Shown in pieces: positions 50,413 to 61,052 of a stretch of 64,000 nucleotides of DNA; position 1 is the first letter of the stretch, and each line of letters starts with the position of its first letter. Source of the stretch: an uncultured delta proteobacterium (GTDB taxonomy: Bacteria; Myxococcota_A; Polyangia; Palsa-1104). The notes below the pieces were generated by a model. The model was not told the DNA's origin. It saw only the letters and a list, made by a program, of their open reading frames with translations, and ran no database searches. The stretch lies in contig CAWAWS010000018.1 of the NCBI GenBank assembly GCA_963785725.1, positions 114,974-178,973 on the forward strand, given 5' to 3'. Position numbers and translations under genes: made by a program.

Positions 50413-52210
50413 ATGTCCGAAATTAATGCCGCCATCCGCCGCTGGGTAGATGAAGTCAAAGAGCTCTGTACCCCCGATCGCGTTGTCTATTGTGACGGTT
50501 CGGAGGCGGAGAAGGAGCGGCTGACCGAGGAGTGCCTGGCGACGGGCGAGCTGATCGAGCTGAACCAGCAGAAGCTGCCCGGCTGCTACTTGCACCGCTC
50601 GGCGGCGCACGACGTCGCGCGCACCGAGCACTTGACCTTCGTTTGCACGACGAACAAGGACGACGCCGGCCCCAACAACAACTGGATGGAGCCCGCCGAA
50701 GCCAAAGAGAAGCTCAAGCCGCTCTACAAAGGCGCGATGAAGGGCCGGACGATGTACGTCGTCCCGTTCTTGATGGGTCCGCCGGGCTCGAAGTTCTCCA
50801 AAGTCGGCGTCGAGATCACCGACTCGAAGTACGTCGTCCTCAACATGCGCATCATGACGCGCGTCGGTCAGGTCGCGCTCGAGCATCTCGGCGGCCAGCG
50901 ACGACTTCACGCGCTGCCTGCATTCGCTCGGCGACCTGAGCCCCGATCGCCGCTTCATCATGCACTATCCCGACGAGAACACCGTTTGGTCGATCGGCTC
51001 GGGCTACGGCGGCAACGCGCTCTTGGGCAAAAAGTGCATGGCGCTGCGGCTCGCGTCGTGGCTGGGCAAGAAGGAGGGCTGGCTCGCCGAGCACATGCTC
51101 ATCCTCGGCCTGACCTCGCCCGAAGGTCGCAAGCACTACATCACGGCGGCGTTCCCGTCGGCGTGCGGCAAGACGAACCTGGCGATGCTGGTGCCGCCGG
51201 CGACGATGCCGGGCTGGAAGGCGGAGACGGTCGGCGACGACATCGCCTGGCTGCGCCCCGGCGACGACGGCCGCTTGTGGGCGGTCAACCCCGAGGCCGG
51301 CTTCTTCGGCGTCGTGCCCGGCACGGGTCACAAGACGAACCCGAACGCGTTCGACATGATCCAGAAGAACACGATCTTCACCAACGTCGCGCTCCGTCCC
51401 GACGGCACGCCGTGGTGGGAGGGTCACGACGATCCGGCGCCGGCCGAGGCGCTCGATTGGCAAGGCCGCCCGTGGACGCCGACGTCGGGCGAGAAGGCGG
51501 CGCATCCGAACAGCCGCTTCACGACGCCGGCTTCGCAGTGCGCGTCGATCTCGCCCGAGTTCGAGAATCCGCTGGGCGTGCCGATCGACGCCATGCTCTT
51601 CGGCGCGCGTCGCCAGCGGCGCGTGCCGCTGGTGTACGAATCGCGCAGCTGGGCGCACGGCACCTTCCTCGGCGCGACGTTGTCGTCGGAGACGACGGCG
51701 GCGGCGACGGGCAAAGTCGGCGTCCTGCGCCGCGACCCGATGGCCATGCTGCCGTTCTGCGGCTACAACATGGGCGACTACTTCGGCCACTGGCTCGCCG
51801 TCGGTGCGAAGCTGGCCAAGCCGCCCAAGATCTTCCGCGTCAACTGGTTCCGCACCGGCGAGAACGGCAAGTTCTTGTGGCCCGGGTTCGGTGACAACCT
51901 GCGCGTCTTGAAGTGGATCCTCGAGCGCTGCGAAGGTCACGGCGCCGCCATCGAGTCGCCGATCGGCTACCTGCCGGCGGCGAACGGCATCGATCGCAAG
52001 GGGCTCGACTTGTCGGACGACGCGATGGCGAACCTCCTGCGCGTCGACTTGCCGGAGTGGCTGGAAGCGGTCGCCGGTCAGGACGAGTATCTGTCGTCGT
52101 TCGGCGAGCGGCTGCCGCGCGGCATTCGCCTCGAGCACGACGACCTCGCCAAGCGCATCCACGACGGCGTGCCCACGGCCGACCTGCTCGGCCGCGACAC
52201 CGGTCACTAG
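50413..52210 (+). CDS. pckG: Phosphoenolpyruvate carboxykinase (GTP); +1 frameshift near 50895
   Basis: DVARTE, SGYGGNALLGKKC, AFPSACGKTNLAM, VGDDIAW, DPMAMLPFCGYNM, VNWFR. Confidence 0.93.
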
Positions 52211-52344
52211 AACAAAAACGCTGCGGGGTGCAATCGCCGCGTTGTCGCTGCGGTCCGCTGCTCGGTCGCAGAGCCCGCTCCGCTGCGGTCCTCGCTCCGC
52301 CTTGCGCTTGCAGCTCCTCGCTCGTTTTTCCGATAGCCGCCTAG
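52207..52344. repeat. Imperfect long inverted repeat (MITE/REP-like hairpin) bounded by CTAG
   Basis: AAAAACG...TGCAATCGC pairs imperfectly with GCGCTTGCA...CGTTTTT; internal duplicated CGCTGCGGTCC. Confidence 0.5.
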
Positions 52345-52428
52345 CGAACTCCTAGTTACATACGGGTTTCCATTGAACGCGCTGGGCCTGCTAGGCTGCG
52401 CGCGCGGTCCCTCATTGCGGAGATCTCG

Positions 52429-54192
52429 ATGAATCGTTTGGTTCCCTGGTCAGTCGTCATTGCGCTGGCGCTGCCGATGGTCGCGCACGGCGCGGAGGCG
52501 CCGGCGTGGGTGGCGAAGTCGGACGTGAGCTCGATGCTGCTCTTGCGCGCGATGGCGGAGTTTGCGCCGGAGAGCGCGTCGCGGCTGGGGCTCGAAGGCT
52601 ACGACGAGCGCGTGCGCGACCTCGGCCCCGACTATCGCGGCCGCTATCGGCGCGCGGTGACCAAAGCCATCGTCGACTTGGAGCGGCGGCGCGCGCGTCA
52701 AAAAGATCCGCTGTTGCAGCAGGATCTCGACATCACGCTCAAGGCGGCGCACGACGAGATCCGCGACATCGATCTGTCGGAGAAGTATCTGCTGCCCTAT
52801 TTCCCGGTCGAGAAGATCGTCTTCAGCGGGTTGCGGCAGCTGCTCGACGCGCAGGTGAAGCCGGAGCGGCAGAAGCTGGCGGTGGCGCGCCTCCGGCGTT
52901 ACGCCGGGCTCGTCGGCGGCACGACGCCGCTGTGCGCGCTGGCCGAGGCGCGCACGCGCGAGGAGCTGCAGCAGACGGGCCTCTTGCCGCCGATTCGCGC
53001 GGAGCTGGAGAAGGATCTGGCGAACTCGACGGCGATGGTCAACGGCATCGAGCAGCTGTTCACGCAGTTCAAAATCGACGGCTGGCAGTGGCCGCTGGCG
53101 GCGTTCAAGGCGCAGCTGGCGAGCTATCAGGCGTTCGTGCGCGCCGAGCTTTTGACGCGGGCGCGCGAGGACTTCAAGCTGCCGCCCGAGCTGTACGCGT
53201 TCAACTTGGAGCAGCTGGGCGTCGACATTCCGCCGGCCGAGCTCATCAAGCAGGCGCACGCGTCGTTCGACGACATCATCGCGCAGATGAAGGCGCTGGC
53301 GCCGAAGGTGGCCAAGGAGCGGCACTGGAAGTCGGGCGATTATCGCGACGTGTTGCGCGCGCTCAAGAAGGAGCAGCTCGTCGGCGCCGAGATCTTGCCG
53401 CTGTACGAGGCGCGGCTGAAGGCGATCGAGGACATCATCGTGCGGCAGAAGCTGGTGACCTTGCCGGCGCGGCCGGCGCGCATTCGGCTGGCGTCGGAGG
53501 CCGAGAGCGCGCAGACGCCGATTCCGAACATGCGGGCGCCGCGCCTCATTCACAACACGGGCGAGCAGGGCGAGTTCGTGCTGCCGCTCAACATTCCGGC
53601 GCCGCCGGGATCGAAGCAGGCGACGCAGAAGCTCGACGACTTCACCTACGCGGCGGCGGCGTGGACGCTGACGGCGCACGAGGCGCGGCCGGGCCACGAG
53701 CTGCAGTTCGACAACATGGTCGAGCACGGCGTGTCGCTGGCGCGGGCGGTGTTCGCGTTCAACAGCACCAACGTCGAAGGTTGGGGGCTGTATTCGGAGT
53801 GGATGATGCTGCCGTTCATGCCGGCCGACGGGCAGCTGGTGTCGCTGCAGCTGCGGCTGATGCGAGCGGCGCGCGCGTTCCTCGATCCCGAGCTGCAGGC
53901 AGGAATCGTGACGCCGGCGCAGGCGAAGAAGGTGCTGACCGACGAGGTGCTCTTGTCCGACGGGCTGGCGAACTCGGAGGTCGAGCGCTACACGTTCCGC
54001 TCGCCGGGGCAGGCGACGTCCTATTACTACGGGTATACGAAGCTGCTGGCGCTGCGGCAGGAGGTGCAGGCCAAGCTGGGCGCGAAGTTCGACGCGCTCA
54101 GGCTGCACGATTTCATCTTGTCGCAGGGGTTGTTGCCGCCGGCGCTGATGCGCAAAGCCGTGCTCGATGAGCTGGTGCCGGCGGGGAATTAG
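52429..54192 (+). CDS. DUF885 family exported protein
   Basis: Signal peptide; AHEARPGHELQ, EGWGLYSE, EVERY, PGQATSY. Confidence 0.9.
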   Translation: MNRLVPWSVVIALALPMVAHGAEAPAWVAKSDVSSMLLLRAMAEFAPESASRLGLEGYDERVRDLGPDYRGRYRRAVTKAIVDLERRRARQKDPLLQQDLDITLKAAHDEIRDIDLSEKYLLPYFPVEKIVFSGLRQLLDAQVKPERQKLAVARLRRYAGLVGGTTPLCALAEARTREELQQTGLLPPIRAELEKDLANSTAMVNGIEQLFTQFKIDGWQWPLAAFKAQLASYQAFVRAELLTRAREDFKLPPELYAFNLEQLGVDIPPAELIKQAHASFDDIIAQMKALAPKVAKERHWKSGDYRDVLRALKKEQLVGAEILPLYEARLKAIEDIIVRQKLVTLPARPARIRLASEAESAQTPIPNMRAPRLIHNTGEQGEFVLPLNIPAPPGSKQATQKLDDFTYAAAAWTLTAHEARPGHELQFDNMVEHGVSLARAVFAFNSTNVEGWGLYSEWMMLPFMPADGQLVSLQLRLMRAARAFLDPELQAGIVTPAQAKKVLTDEVLLSDGLANSEVERYTFRSPGQATSYYYGYTKLLALRQEVQAKLGAKFDALRLHDFILSQGLLPPALMRKAVLDELVPAGN

Positions 54193-54222
54193 CCGCGGCC
54201 GAGACGCCCGGCGCGCTTTCGC

Positions 54223-56583
54223 TTACTGCACGGCTACCGCGACGTGCACGCGCTCTTCGGGCGCGATCAGATGGTCCTGATCATCGAGCGCCAGATCGAT
54301 CTGCACCCGCTGAATGCGGCCGTTGAAGCGATTTCCGCCCCGCTGAAGATCGGCGCAAATCGGCGCGCCACGCTTGTCACCGACCGTCACCATCGAATCG
54401 GCGGAGAACACGATCGGATGCGTGTGCTCGACGCGTCCTGCGGCGACCTTCTGACCATCGACGTAGAGCGTCACCGTCCCGCCCTTTCCGATGCCGCCGC
54501 CGTCGTATTCGAACTCCATGCGCGCCTGATGCCGGCCCGCCGGAAGCGGCTCGGGCGCCGTCACTTCATACAGCTGCAGCCCAAGGAAGTTGTACGTGTA
54601 GCGCAGCCGACCCTCGTGCGCGTGAAGAACCCAGCCGCCGAAGTTCGTGCCTTGCGAGATGATGACGCCGCGCGCGCCCGATGTCGCGACGTCGAGGTCG
54701 GCCGTCACTGCGTGCGAGCGGTTCTTGGTGTCGACGACCGAATGATCGCTCAGCTCCATCTCGTCGAAGAGCAGCTGCGAGTTGCCGCGCACGAGCAGCG
54801 GCCGACCGGCCAGCGCGGCCACGAAACGCTCGACGCCGCGATCGTCGAGCGGCAACACGTTGTAGCGTGCCGCCTCCATGAGCCATAACCGCTGCAGCTC
54901 GTGCAGCTTGGCCGCATGCGTTTTGGCCAAGTCCTGCGCTTGCGTCCAGTCTTTCGTGGTGTCGTAAAGCTCCCAGTTGTCGTCGTCGAAGGCGATCTTC
55001 GGCGCGTTCAACATCTCCCACGGCGTGCGGTGCTTGGTGACCGCGGTCCAGCCTTTGTGATAGATGCCGCGATTGCCGAACATCTCGAAGTATTGCACCT
55101 CGTGTCGGTCGACCGCCGTCGCGTCGTCGAACGAGTAGATCATGCTGACGCCGTCCATGGGCTTTTGCGCGATGCCGTTCACCGACGACGGTTGCGGCAG
55201 CCGCGCGGCCTCGAGGATGGTCGGCGTGATGTCGATGACATGGTGGAACTGGTTGCGCACTTCGCCACGCGCCTCGATGCCGCGCGGCCATTGCACGATC
55301 ATTCCGTTGCGCGTGCCGCCAAAGTGCGACGCCACCTGCTTGGTCCACTGATACGGCGCATTGGTCGCGTGCGCCCAGCCCACCGAATAGTGATTGTAGG
55401 ACTCGGGTCCACCGAGCTTGTCGATGTTCTGTTCGAGGAACTCGGGTGTCTCCAGCGCGCTGAGCCCATTGAAAGGGATCATCTCGTTGAAGGTGCCGTT
55501 GATCGTCCCTTCGGCAGACGCGCCGTTGTCGCCGAGGATGTAGAACACCAGCGTGTCATCGAGGATCTGCAGATCTCCGATGGCGCCGATGAGCCGGCCA
55601 ATCTCGTGATCGGTGTATTCGAGAAAGCCGGCGTAGACCTCCATCTCGCGTGCCAGCACCGGCTTCAGATTCGCCGGCATGTCGTTCCACGCGGAAATCT
55701 CGGCGTGTCGTTGCGTCAGCCGCGCGTCTTTGGGAATGACGCCCAGCTTCTTTTGCCGCTCGATGGTCTTTTCGCGCAATGCGTCCCAGCCGTCGTCGAA
55801 CTTGCCTTGGTACTTGTCCGCCCATTCTTTCGGGACGTGATGCGGCGCGTGGACGGCGCCCGGCGCAAAATAGGCGAAGAACGGCTTGTCGGGCGCGAGC
55901 GACTTCTGCGTGTGGATCCAGTCGATCGCCCGATCGGTCATGTCGGTCATGAAGTGATAGTTGGGATCGTCGGACACGTGGACGCGGGTCGTGCCGTCGT
56001 ACACCTCGGGAAACCACTGATTGGTCTCGCCGCCGATGAAGCCATAGAACTTCTCGAAGCCACTTCCGGTCGGCCAATGGTCGAACGGGCCGATGGGGCT
56101 CGTCTCCCAAACGGGAACTTCGTGGCACTTGCCGAAGTGTGCCGTCGAGTAGCCGTTGAGCTTGAGCGTCTCGGCGATGGTGGCGCACGAACGCGGGATG
56201 ATCGAGTTGTAGCCCGGCGCCGACGTCGCGATCTCGGTGATGCCGCCCATCCCGACCGCGTGATGATTGCGTCCGGTCAAGAGCGCGGCGCGCGTCGGCG
56301 AGCAGAGCGCGGTGGTGTGAAAGCGCGTGTACTTGAGCCCGCGCGCGGCGAGCCGCTCTGCCGTCGGTGTGTGGATGGGCCCGCCAAACGTGCTCGCCGC
56401 GCCAAACCCAACGTCGTCGAGCAGGATGACGAGGACGTTGGGCGCGCCTTTGGGCGGCCGCAGCGGCTGGATGGGCGGAAACTTCGCCTCGGGATCTTTG
56501 GCGTCGTACATGATCGGCCCGCTATACGCACGATCGGGAATCGGCAGGCTCTCGCGCGGAACGCCATCTCTCGTCGTCGACAT
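54223..56583 (-). CDS. Arylsulfatase (Cys-type formylglycine sulfatase)
   Basis: PNVLVILLDDVG, CSPTRAALLTGR, GKCH, GDNGAS. Confidence 0.93.
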   Translation of the reverse strand: MSTTRDGVPRESLPIPDRAYSGPIMYDAKDPEAKFPPIQPLRPPKGAPNVLVILLDDVGFGAASTFGGPIHTPTAERLAARGLKYTRFHTTALCSPTRAALLTGRNHHAVGMGGITEIATSAPGYNSIIPRSCATIAETLKLNGYSTAHFGKCHEVPVWETSPIGPFDHWPTGSGFEKFYGFIGGETNQWFPEVYDGTTRVHVSDDPNYHFMTDMTDRAIDWIHTQKSLAPDKPFFAYFAPGAVHAPHHVPKEWADKYQGKFDDGWDALREKTIERQKKLGVIPKDARLTQRHAEISAWNDMPANLKPVLAREMEVYAGFLEYTDHEIGRLIGAIGDLQILDDTLVFYILGDNGASAEGTINGTFNEMIPFNGLSALETPEFLEQNIDKLGGPESYNHYSVGWAHATNAPYQWTKQVASHFGGTRNGMIVQWPRGIEARGEVRNQFHHVIDITPTILEAARLPQPSSVNGIAQKPMDGVSMIYSFDDATAVDRHEVQYFEMFGNRGIYHKGWTAVTKHRTPWEMLNAPKIAFDDDNWELYDTTKDWTQAQDLAKTHAAKLHELQRLWLMEAARYNVLPLDDRGVERFVAALAGRPLLVRGNSQLLFDEMELSDHSVVDTKNRSHAVTADLDVATSGARGVIISQGTNFGGWVLHAHEGRLRYTYNFLGLQLYEVTAPEPLPAGRHQARMEFEYDGGGIGKGGTVTLYVDGQKVAAGRVEHTHPIVFSADSMVTVGDKRGAPICADLQRGGNRFNGRIQRVQIDLALDDQDHLIAPEERVHVAVAVQ

Positions 56584-57005
56584 GGGGCTCTCCTAATCGG
56601 TGTGGCCTACAACCAGCGGGTCCGCGACGCGGGCGGATAGCTCGAAGAACCGATCGTCACGAAAATGATGATTCCTGCGGCAGGTAGAAACAGTATTTGC
56701 AGTCGAGGTTGCAGCTCGCCCCCGTCGGCTTGGCGAGCACCTGAAATGCTTCCATTCAATGGTGTGTATGCAGGCCCGTGCCTCCTGAAATCGGCGCGCC
56801 ACTGTATAAGGCGCGACCCGGCCGTCTTGCCGCCGCACTCCGTCGCGCGCGTCGCCGCGTCCGTGTCGCCGCGGTCGCCGGCCGCGCTCGCGCCGACCGG
56901 CGCGGCGTTCGCGGCCTGACAAGGGCCGTTGCTCCCCGGTGGGTCAAGTACCCACCTCGACCCCGCGGCGCGCGCGCAACTGACTGTTTCCTGTCGGGAA
57001 CTGCG

Positions 57006-57021
57006 CGGCATATCGCTTGCT
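57006..57021 (+). promoter_or_regulatory. Putative sigma54 (-24/-12) promoter CGGCAT-N5-TTGCT
   Basis: Exact GG-N10-GC spacing, about 22 bp upstream of ATG 57043. Confidence 0.6.
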
Positions 57022-57042
57022 CTGGCTGCCGACGAGTCGCCG

Positions 57043-58272
57043 ATGAGCAATGTTCCCGTCTTCCTCTTCATTCTGATCGTGTTCGCGAACCGCTATGTCC
57101 TCGGCCTCTATTTGCGGCTGGTCAAAGGACGGCGCTTCGATGTCGCTCGTCATCATTACGAGCCGACGGTCACCATCATCGTGCCGCTCTTCAATGAAGG
57201 GCGCTCCATCTACGACACCATCGTCAGCCTCCTGGCGCTCGACTATCCGCGCGAGAAGCTGAGCGTCACCGTCGTCGACGACTGCTCGACCGACGACAGC
57301 TACGCCTGGGCCTGCAAGGCGGCCGCGCTCCATCCGGCGCAGGTCCGCGTCCTGAAGAACCCGCGCAACATGGGCAAGCGCATGGGCATCAACCACGCCG
57401 TGCGCGAAGCGGTCGACGCCGAGATCGTCGTCTCCGTCGACAGCGACGTCATCGTCGACTCGGGCGCCGTGCGCGCCCTCGTCGCGCGCTTCACGGCGCC
57501 CGACATCGCCGCGGTCGGCGGCCGCGTCCACGTCTCCAACGCCAACGAGAACTGGCTCTCGCGCATGCAGACCATCAAGTACTTCTTCGGCCAGGAGATG
57601 CTCAAGAACCTCGAGCGCTCGATGCATTCGGTCATGTGCTTGTCGGGCTGCTTGACCGCTTATCGGCGCCACGTCCTCGTCGAGCTCGAGCCTATATTGG
57701 AGAACCGCAACGTCTGCGGCGTGCCCATCAAATACGGCGAGGACCGCTTCCTCACGCGCCACGTCGTCAAAGCCGGCTATCGCACGCTATTTACGACCGA
57801 CGCCTTTTGTTACACCAAAGCGCCGACGACGCTCACCGGCTATTTCAATCAGCAGCTCCGCTGGAAGCGCTCCAACATCATCGACTTCGCCTGCGGCATG
57901 TCGCACGCCTGGCGGCTGCATCCGCTCGTCGCCGTTCATTACCTGTCGATGATGGCGCTCTTGCTCATCTATCCATTCGTCATCGTCATGCATTTGGCGC
58001 AAGGCGAGTTTTTGTCGCTCATCGGCTTTCACATCGAGCTCTTGGCGGCGCTCGGCCTCGTCTATCACTTCAGTCCGTCGACGCGGCGTCTGGCACCCGA
58101 GCATCGCGTGCATCCGATCTGGTTCTTGCCGATGGCGGTGCTGATGCCGACGGCGTATGTGGTGCTGACGCCGCTCGGGCTCTTCACCCTCGATTCGTCG
58201 AGCTGGGAGACGCGTGGCCACACCGCCGTCGTGACCGCGGCCGCCGCGCAAAAGGCGCCGGTGCAGTCGTGA
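57043..58272 (+). CDS. Processive GT2 synthase, NodC/hyaluronan-synthase-like
   Basis: VVDDCSTD, GKR, VDSD, CLSGCLTAYR, GEDRFLT, QQLRWKRS, SSWETR; N- and C-terminal TM helices. Confidence 0.88.
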   Translation: MSNVPVFLFILIVFANRYVLGLYLRLVKGRRFDVARHHYEPTVTIIVPLFNEGRSIYDTIVSLLALDYPREKLSVTVVDDCSTDDSYAWACKAAALHPAQVRVLKNPRNMGKRMGINHAVREAVDAEIVVSVDSDVIVDSGAVRALVARFTAPDIAAVGGRVHVSNANENWLSRMQTIKYFFGQEMLKNLERSMHSVMCLSGCLTAYRRHVLVELEPILENRNVCGVPIKYGEDRFLTRHVVKAGYRTLFTTDAFCYTKAPTTLTGYFNQQLRWKRSNIIDFACGMSHAWRLHPLVAVHYLSMMALLLIYPFVIVMHLAQGEFLSLIGFHIELLAALGLVYHFSPSTRRLAPEHRVHPIWFLPMAVLMPTAYVVLTPLGLFTLDSSSWETRGHTAVVTAAAAQKAPVQS

Positions 58273-59024
58273 TCGTCGCCGCGCATCAACCGCACTATCT
58301 GCCCTGGCTCGGCTATCTGGCCAAGGTCGCCGCCGCCGATCTGTTCGTCGTCATGGATGATCTGCAATACGAAGCGCAGAACTTCCAGAACCGCAATCGC
58401 ATCAAGTGTAATCACGGTCCGCTGTGGCTGACCGTGCCGTTGACGCACGGCGCGCAGAGCGATCGCATCAGCGACAAACAGATCGTCAACCTCGGCTCTG
58501 CGCGCGATCATTGGCAGCGCCGCCATTTCGAGACGCTGCGCATTCATTATCAAGGCGCGCCTCATTGGCGTCATTACGAGCCGGCGCTGCGCGACGTCTA
58601 TTCGCGGCAATGGAACCGCTTAATCGACCTCGATTTGCACCTATTACAATTGCATTTGCAGTGGCTCGAGATTCGTAAGCCGGTGCTCTTGGCGTCTTCG
58701 TTGGGCTTGACGGGACAGAAGACCGAGCGCATCGCGGCGCTCTGTCGCGCGGTCGGCGCCGATACCTATTTGTCGGGCGGCGGCGGCTCGCGCGGCTATC
58801 TCGACGTCGCCCAGCTGGCGCGCGCCGGCGTCGGCGTGCAGTGGCAGACGTTCACCCATCCGCGCTACGCGCAGCGCTATCCGCGACTGGGCTTTACGTC
58901 GCATTTGGGCGCGCTCGATCTGTTGTTGAACTGCGGGCCCCAAAGCCGCGACGTGCTCGCCGAAGCCGTCGCGCGCTCGTCGGCGCCCGCGTCAACGTCG
59001 CTGGCAACGGCGGCGATGAGGTGA
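58269..59024 (+). CDS. WbqC-family protein
   Basis: AAHQPHYLPWLGY, FVVMDDLQY, NRNRI, WLTVP, YLSG, DLLLNCGP; GTGA overlap. Confidence 0.9.
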   Translation: MIVAAHQPHYLPWLGYLAKVAAADLFVVMDDLQYEAQNFQNRNRIKCNHGPLWLTVPLTHGAQSDRISDKQIVNLGSARDHWQRRHFETLRIHYQGAPHWRHYEPALRDVYSRQWNRLIDLDLHLLQLHLQWLEIRKPVLLASSLGLTGQKTERIAALCRAVGADTYLSGGGGSRGYLDVAQLARAGVGVQWQTFTHPRYAQRYPRLGFTSHLGALDLLLNCGPQSRDVLAEAVARSSAPASTSLATAAMR

Positions 59025-59028
59025 AGCG

Positions 59029-59661
59029 ATGACCTGTCTTTCGCATGTGGGCGCGACGACGCGCGTGCTGGCGTTCGGCGCGCATCCCGACGACATCGAG
59101 GTCGGCGCCGGCGGGCTCTTGGCGCGGCTGGCGGAGCAGGGCGCGCACGTCGTCGCTGCCGTCATCTCGCTGCCGACGCTGCAGGCCGAGCGCACCGAGG
59201 AGGCCGTCGCCGGCGCCGCCGTGCTCGGGATTCAGCTGGTCATCATGAACCCGAAGCAGCGCGGGCGCGTCGAGGATTTGCCGATGCATCAGCTGGTGGC
59301 GCAGATGGACATGCTCGTCGCCGACGTGCGGCCCGACATCGTCATCACGCACTCGGCGCAAGATCTCCACTGGGATCACAGCCTCGTCAATCGCGCCACG
59401 GTGTCGGCGCTGCGGCGCTGGCCGTGCAACGTGCTGGCGTACTTGTCGAGCTACGAAATGAACGTGCAGCAGCGCTATGTCGGTCAATGCTTCGCCGACA
59501 TCTCGGGCACGATCGATCGCAAAGTGCAGGCGATCGCGGCGCACAAGTCGCAGCTGTCGAAGATGGACCTCGAGTCGACGCGCGATCTGGCGCGCGCGAT
59601 GGGTCGGCTCGCCGGCGTCGAGTATGCCGAGGCCTACGAAGTGTTGCGGCTGCGCTTCTGA
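59029..59661 (+). CDS. PIG-L/LmbE-family de-N-acetylase
   Basis: AHPDDIE, ITHSAQDLHWDH, HKSQ, YAEAY. Confidence 0.9.
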   Translation: MTCLSHVGATTRVLAFGAHPDDIEVGAGGLLARLAEQGAHVVAAVISLPTLQAERTEEAVAGAAVLGIQLVIMNPKQRGRVEDLPMHQLVAQMDMLVADVRPDIVITHSAQDLHWDHSLVNRATVSALRRWPCNVLAYLSSYEMNVQQRYVGQCFADISGTIDRKVQAIAAHKSQLSKMDLESTRDLARAMGRLAGVEYAEAYEVLRLRF

Positions 59662-61052
59662 TGCGAAAGGATCCCATGAACGTCGTTCGTCGACCGACCG
59701 CGCCGGCCAAATCGCCGCCGCCGCCGCCGTTGCAGGCGCCGCCGCTGCACGCGGCGCCCTCCCTCCGCTCCCTGCCGCCGCCGCTGCCGACGCCGCCCGG
59801 GCCGCTCGAGGTGTCGGCGGCCACGCAGCCGGCATTTCCGCCGGCGACGTCGCTCTTGCCGGCCGTGACGCCCGACGAGGCGCGCTTCGAGCGCATGCTG
59901 ACGAATCCGACGCTGCATCGCTTCGCCGCCGCCGTCGCCCAGGCGCGCCGCGAATGTTCGCGCTCGGTCGCGTCGCTCGTCGCGACGCTGCGGACGATCA
60001 AACGCGATGGCCGCATCGATCCGGCGCAGCTGAACAAGTGGATCGTCTCGACCTACAAAGTCGTCGGCTTCTCGGTGTTGACGCTGATCGTGCTCGCGCT
60101 CGTGAGCTACTTGGGGTCGACGCTGTTCTATTGGTATTCGTCGAGCTGGCTCATGCCGCAGGTGATTTCGCCGACGGACGAGCGCGTGCTGCAGCTGTCG
60201 GCGACGCTGGCGACGCAAGCGGGCACGCGCGACAAGCTGCAGGCCGACTACGCCGACGCCGAGCGCGTCATGGTCATGCAGCAGCAATTCTTGAGCGACG
60301 CCAAGCAGGCCATCGCCGACGAGCTCGCCGATCGCAAGAGCGAGCTCAACGGGCTCTTGGCGCTCAACAAGAGCTTTCAGTCGACGCGCGCCGAGGTGCA
60401 CGACAACGGCCGCACCTTTACCGGGCTGTCGCGCAAGCGCATCGCGGCCGAATATGGCGCGCACTTGATCGATCGCGAAGCGGCCGTCGCCGGCGCGTTT
60501 CAGCTGTCGCAGATCGCCGCCGGTAACTTGAGCCTGGCCGAGAAGAACGTCGAGATCGACAAGCGCACCGCCGATCTCTTGCGCGAGACCGATTCGCTGG
60601 CGGCCATCGTCGCGCAAAAGCCGGCCGCGCGGCACAGCTACGAGGTCCTGCGCATGCTGCAGGACATGAAGCGCGCCGAGGTCGAGCTGGCCAAGGCGCG
60701 CGACAACCGCGCCGCCATCGGCAAGAGCGTCGGCCGCTACGACCAAATCGTGCGCACGATCCAGGATTCGCCCTATCTGCGCGCCGCCGAGAAGAAGGAC
60801 ACGATCGCGTTCTTCCCGTACGACAACGTCGACAAGGTCAAGCCGGGCGCGCCGCTCTACGCGTGCGCCGCCGGCCTCTTCTTCTGCACGCGCGTCGGCA
60901 AGGTCGTGAGCGTGTTGGCCGGCGAGACGCTGTTCAAGCATCCGCTCAACAACACGATGCTGCGCGGACAGTCGGTGCAGCTGCAGCTCGACGACCCGAA
61001 GATGGGCGAGCGACCGGTCTTGTTCGCGGGCGGGCGTCCGGTTCTCTTTTGA
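59661..61052 (+). CDS. Membrane-anchored coiled-coil protein, membrane-fusion (HlyD-like) architecture
   Basis: Pro-rich N-terminus, one TM helix, long coiled coil, C-terminal AFFPYDNVDKVKPGAPL...GKVVSV beta domain. Confidence 0.6.
   Translation: MRKDPMNVVRRPTAPAKSPPPPPLQAPPLHAAPSLRSLPPPLPTPPGPLEVSAATQPAFPPATSLLPAVTPDEARFERMLTNPTLHRFAAAVAQARRECSRSVASLVATLRTIKRDGRIDPAQLNKWIVSTYKVVGFSVLTLIVLALVSYLGSTLFYWYSSSWLMPQVISPTDERVLQLSATLATQAGTRDKLQADYADAERVMVMQQQFLSDAKQAIADELADRKSELNGLLALNKSFQSTRAEVHDNGRTFTGLSRKRIAAEYGAHLIDREAAVAGAFQLSQIAAGNLSLAEKNVEIDKRTADLLRETDSLAAIVAQKPAARHSYEVLRMLQDMKRAEVELAKARDNRAAIGKSVGRYDQIVRTIQDSPYLRAAEKKDTIAFFPYDNVDKVKPGAPLYACAAGLFFCTRVGKVVSVLAGETLFKHPLNNTMLRGQSVQLQLDDPKMGERPVLFAGGRPVLF

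Noticed and set aside
54223..56800. Arylsulfatase as a steroid sulfatase of the regulon
   Set aside because: No TnnAACnnGTTnnA box is seen upstream and the gene lies outside the cluster; substrate cannot be inferred.
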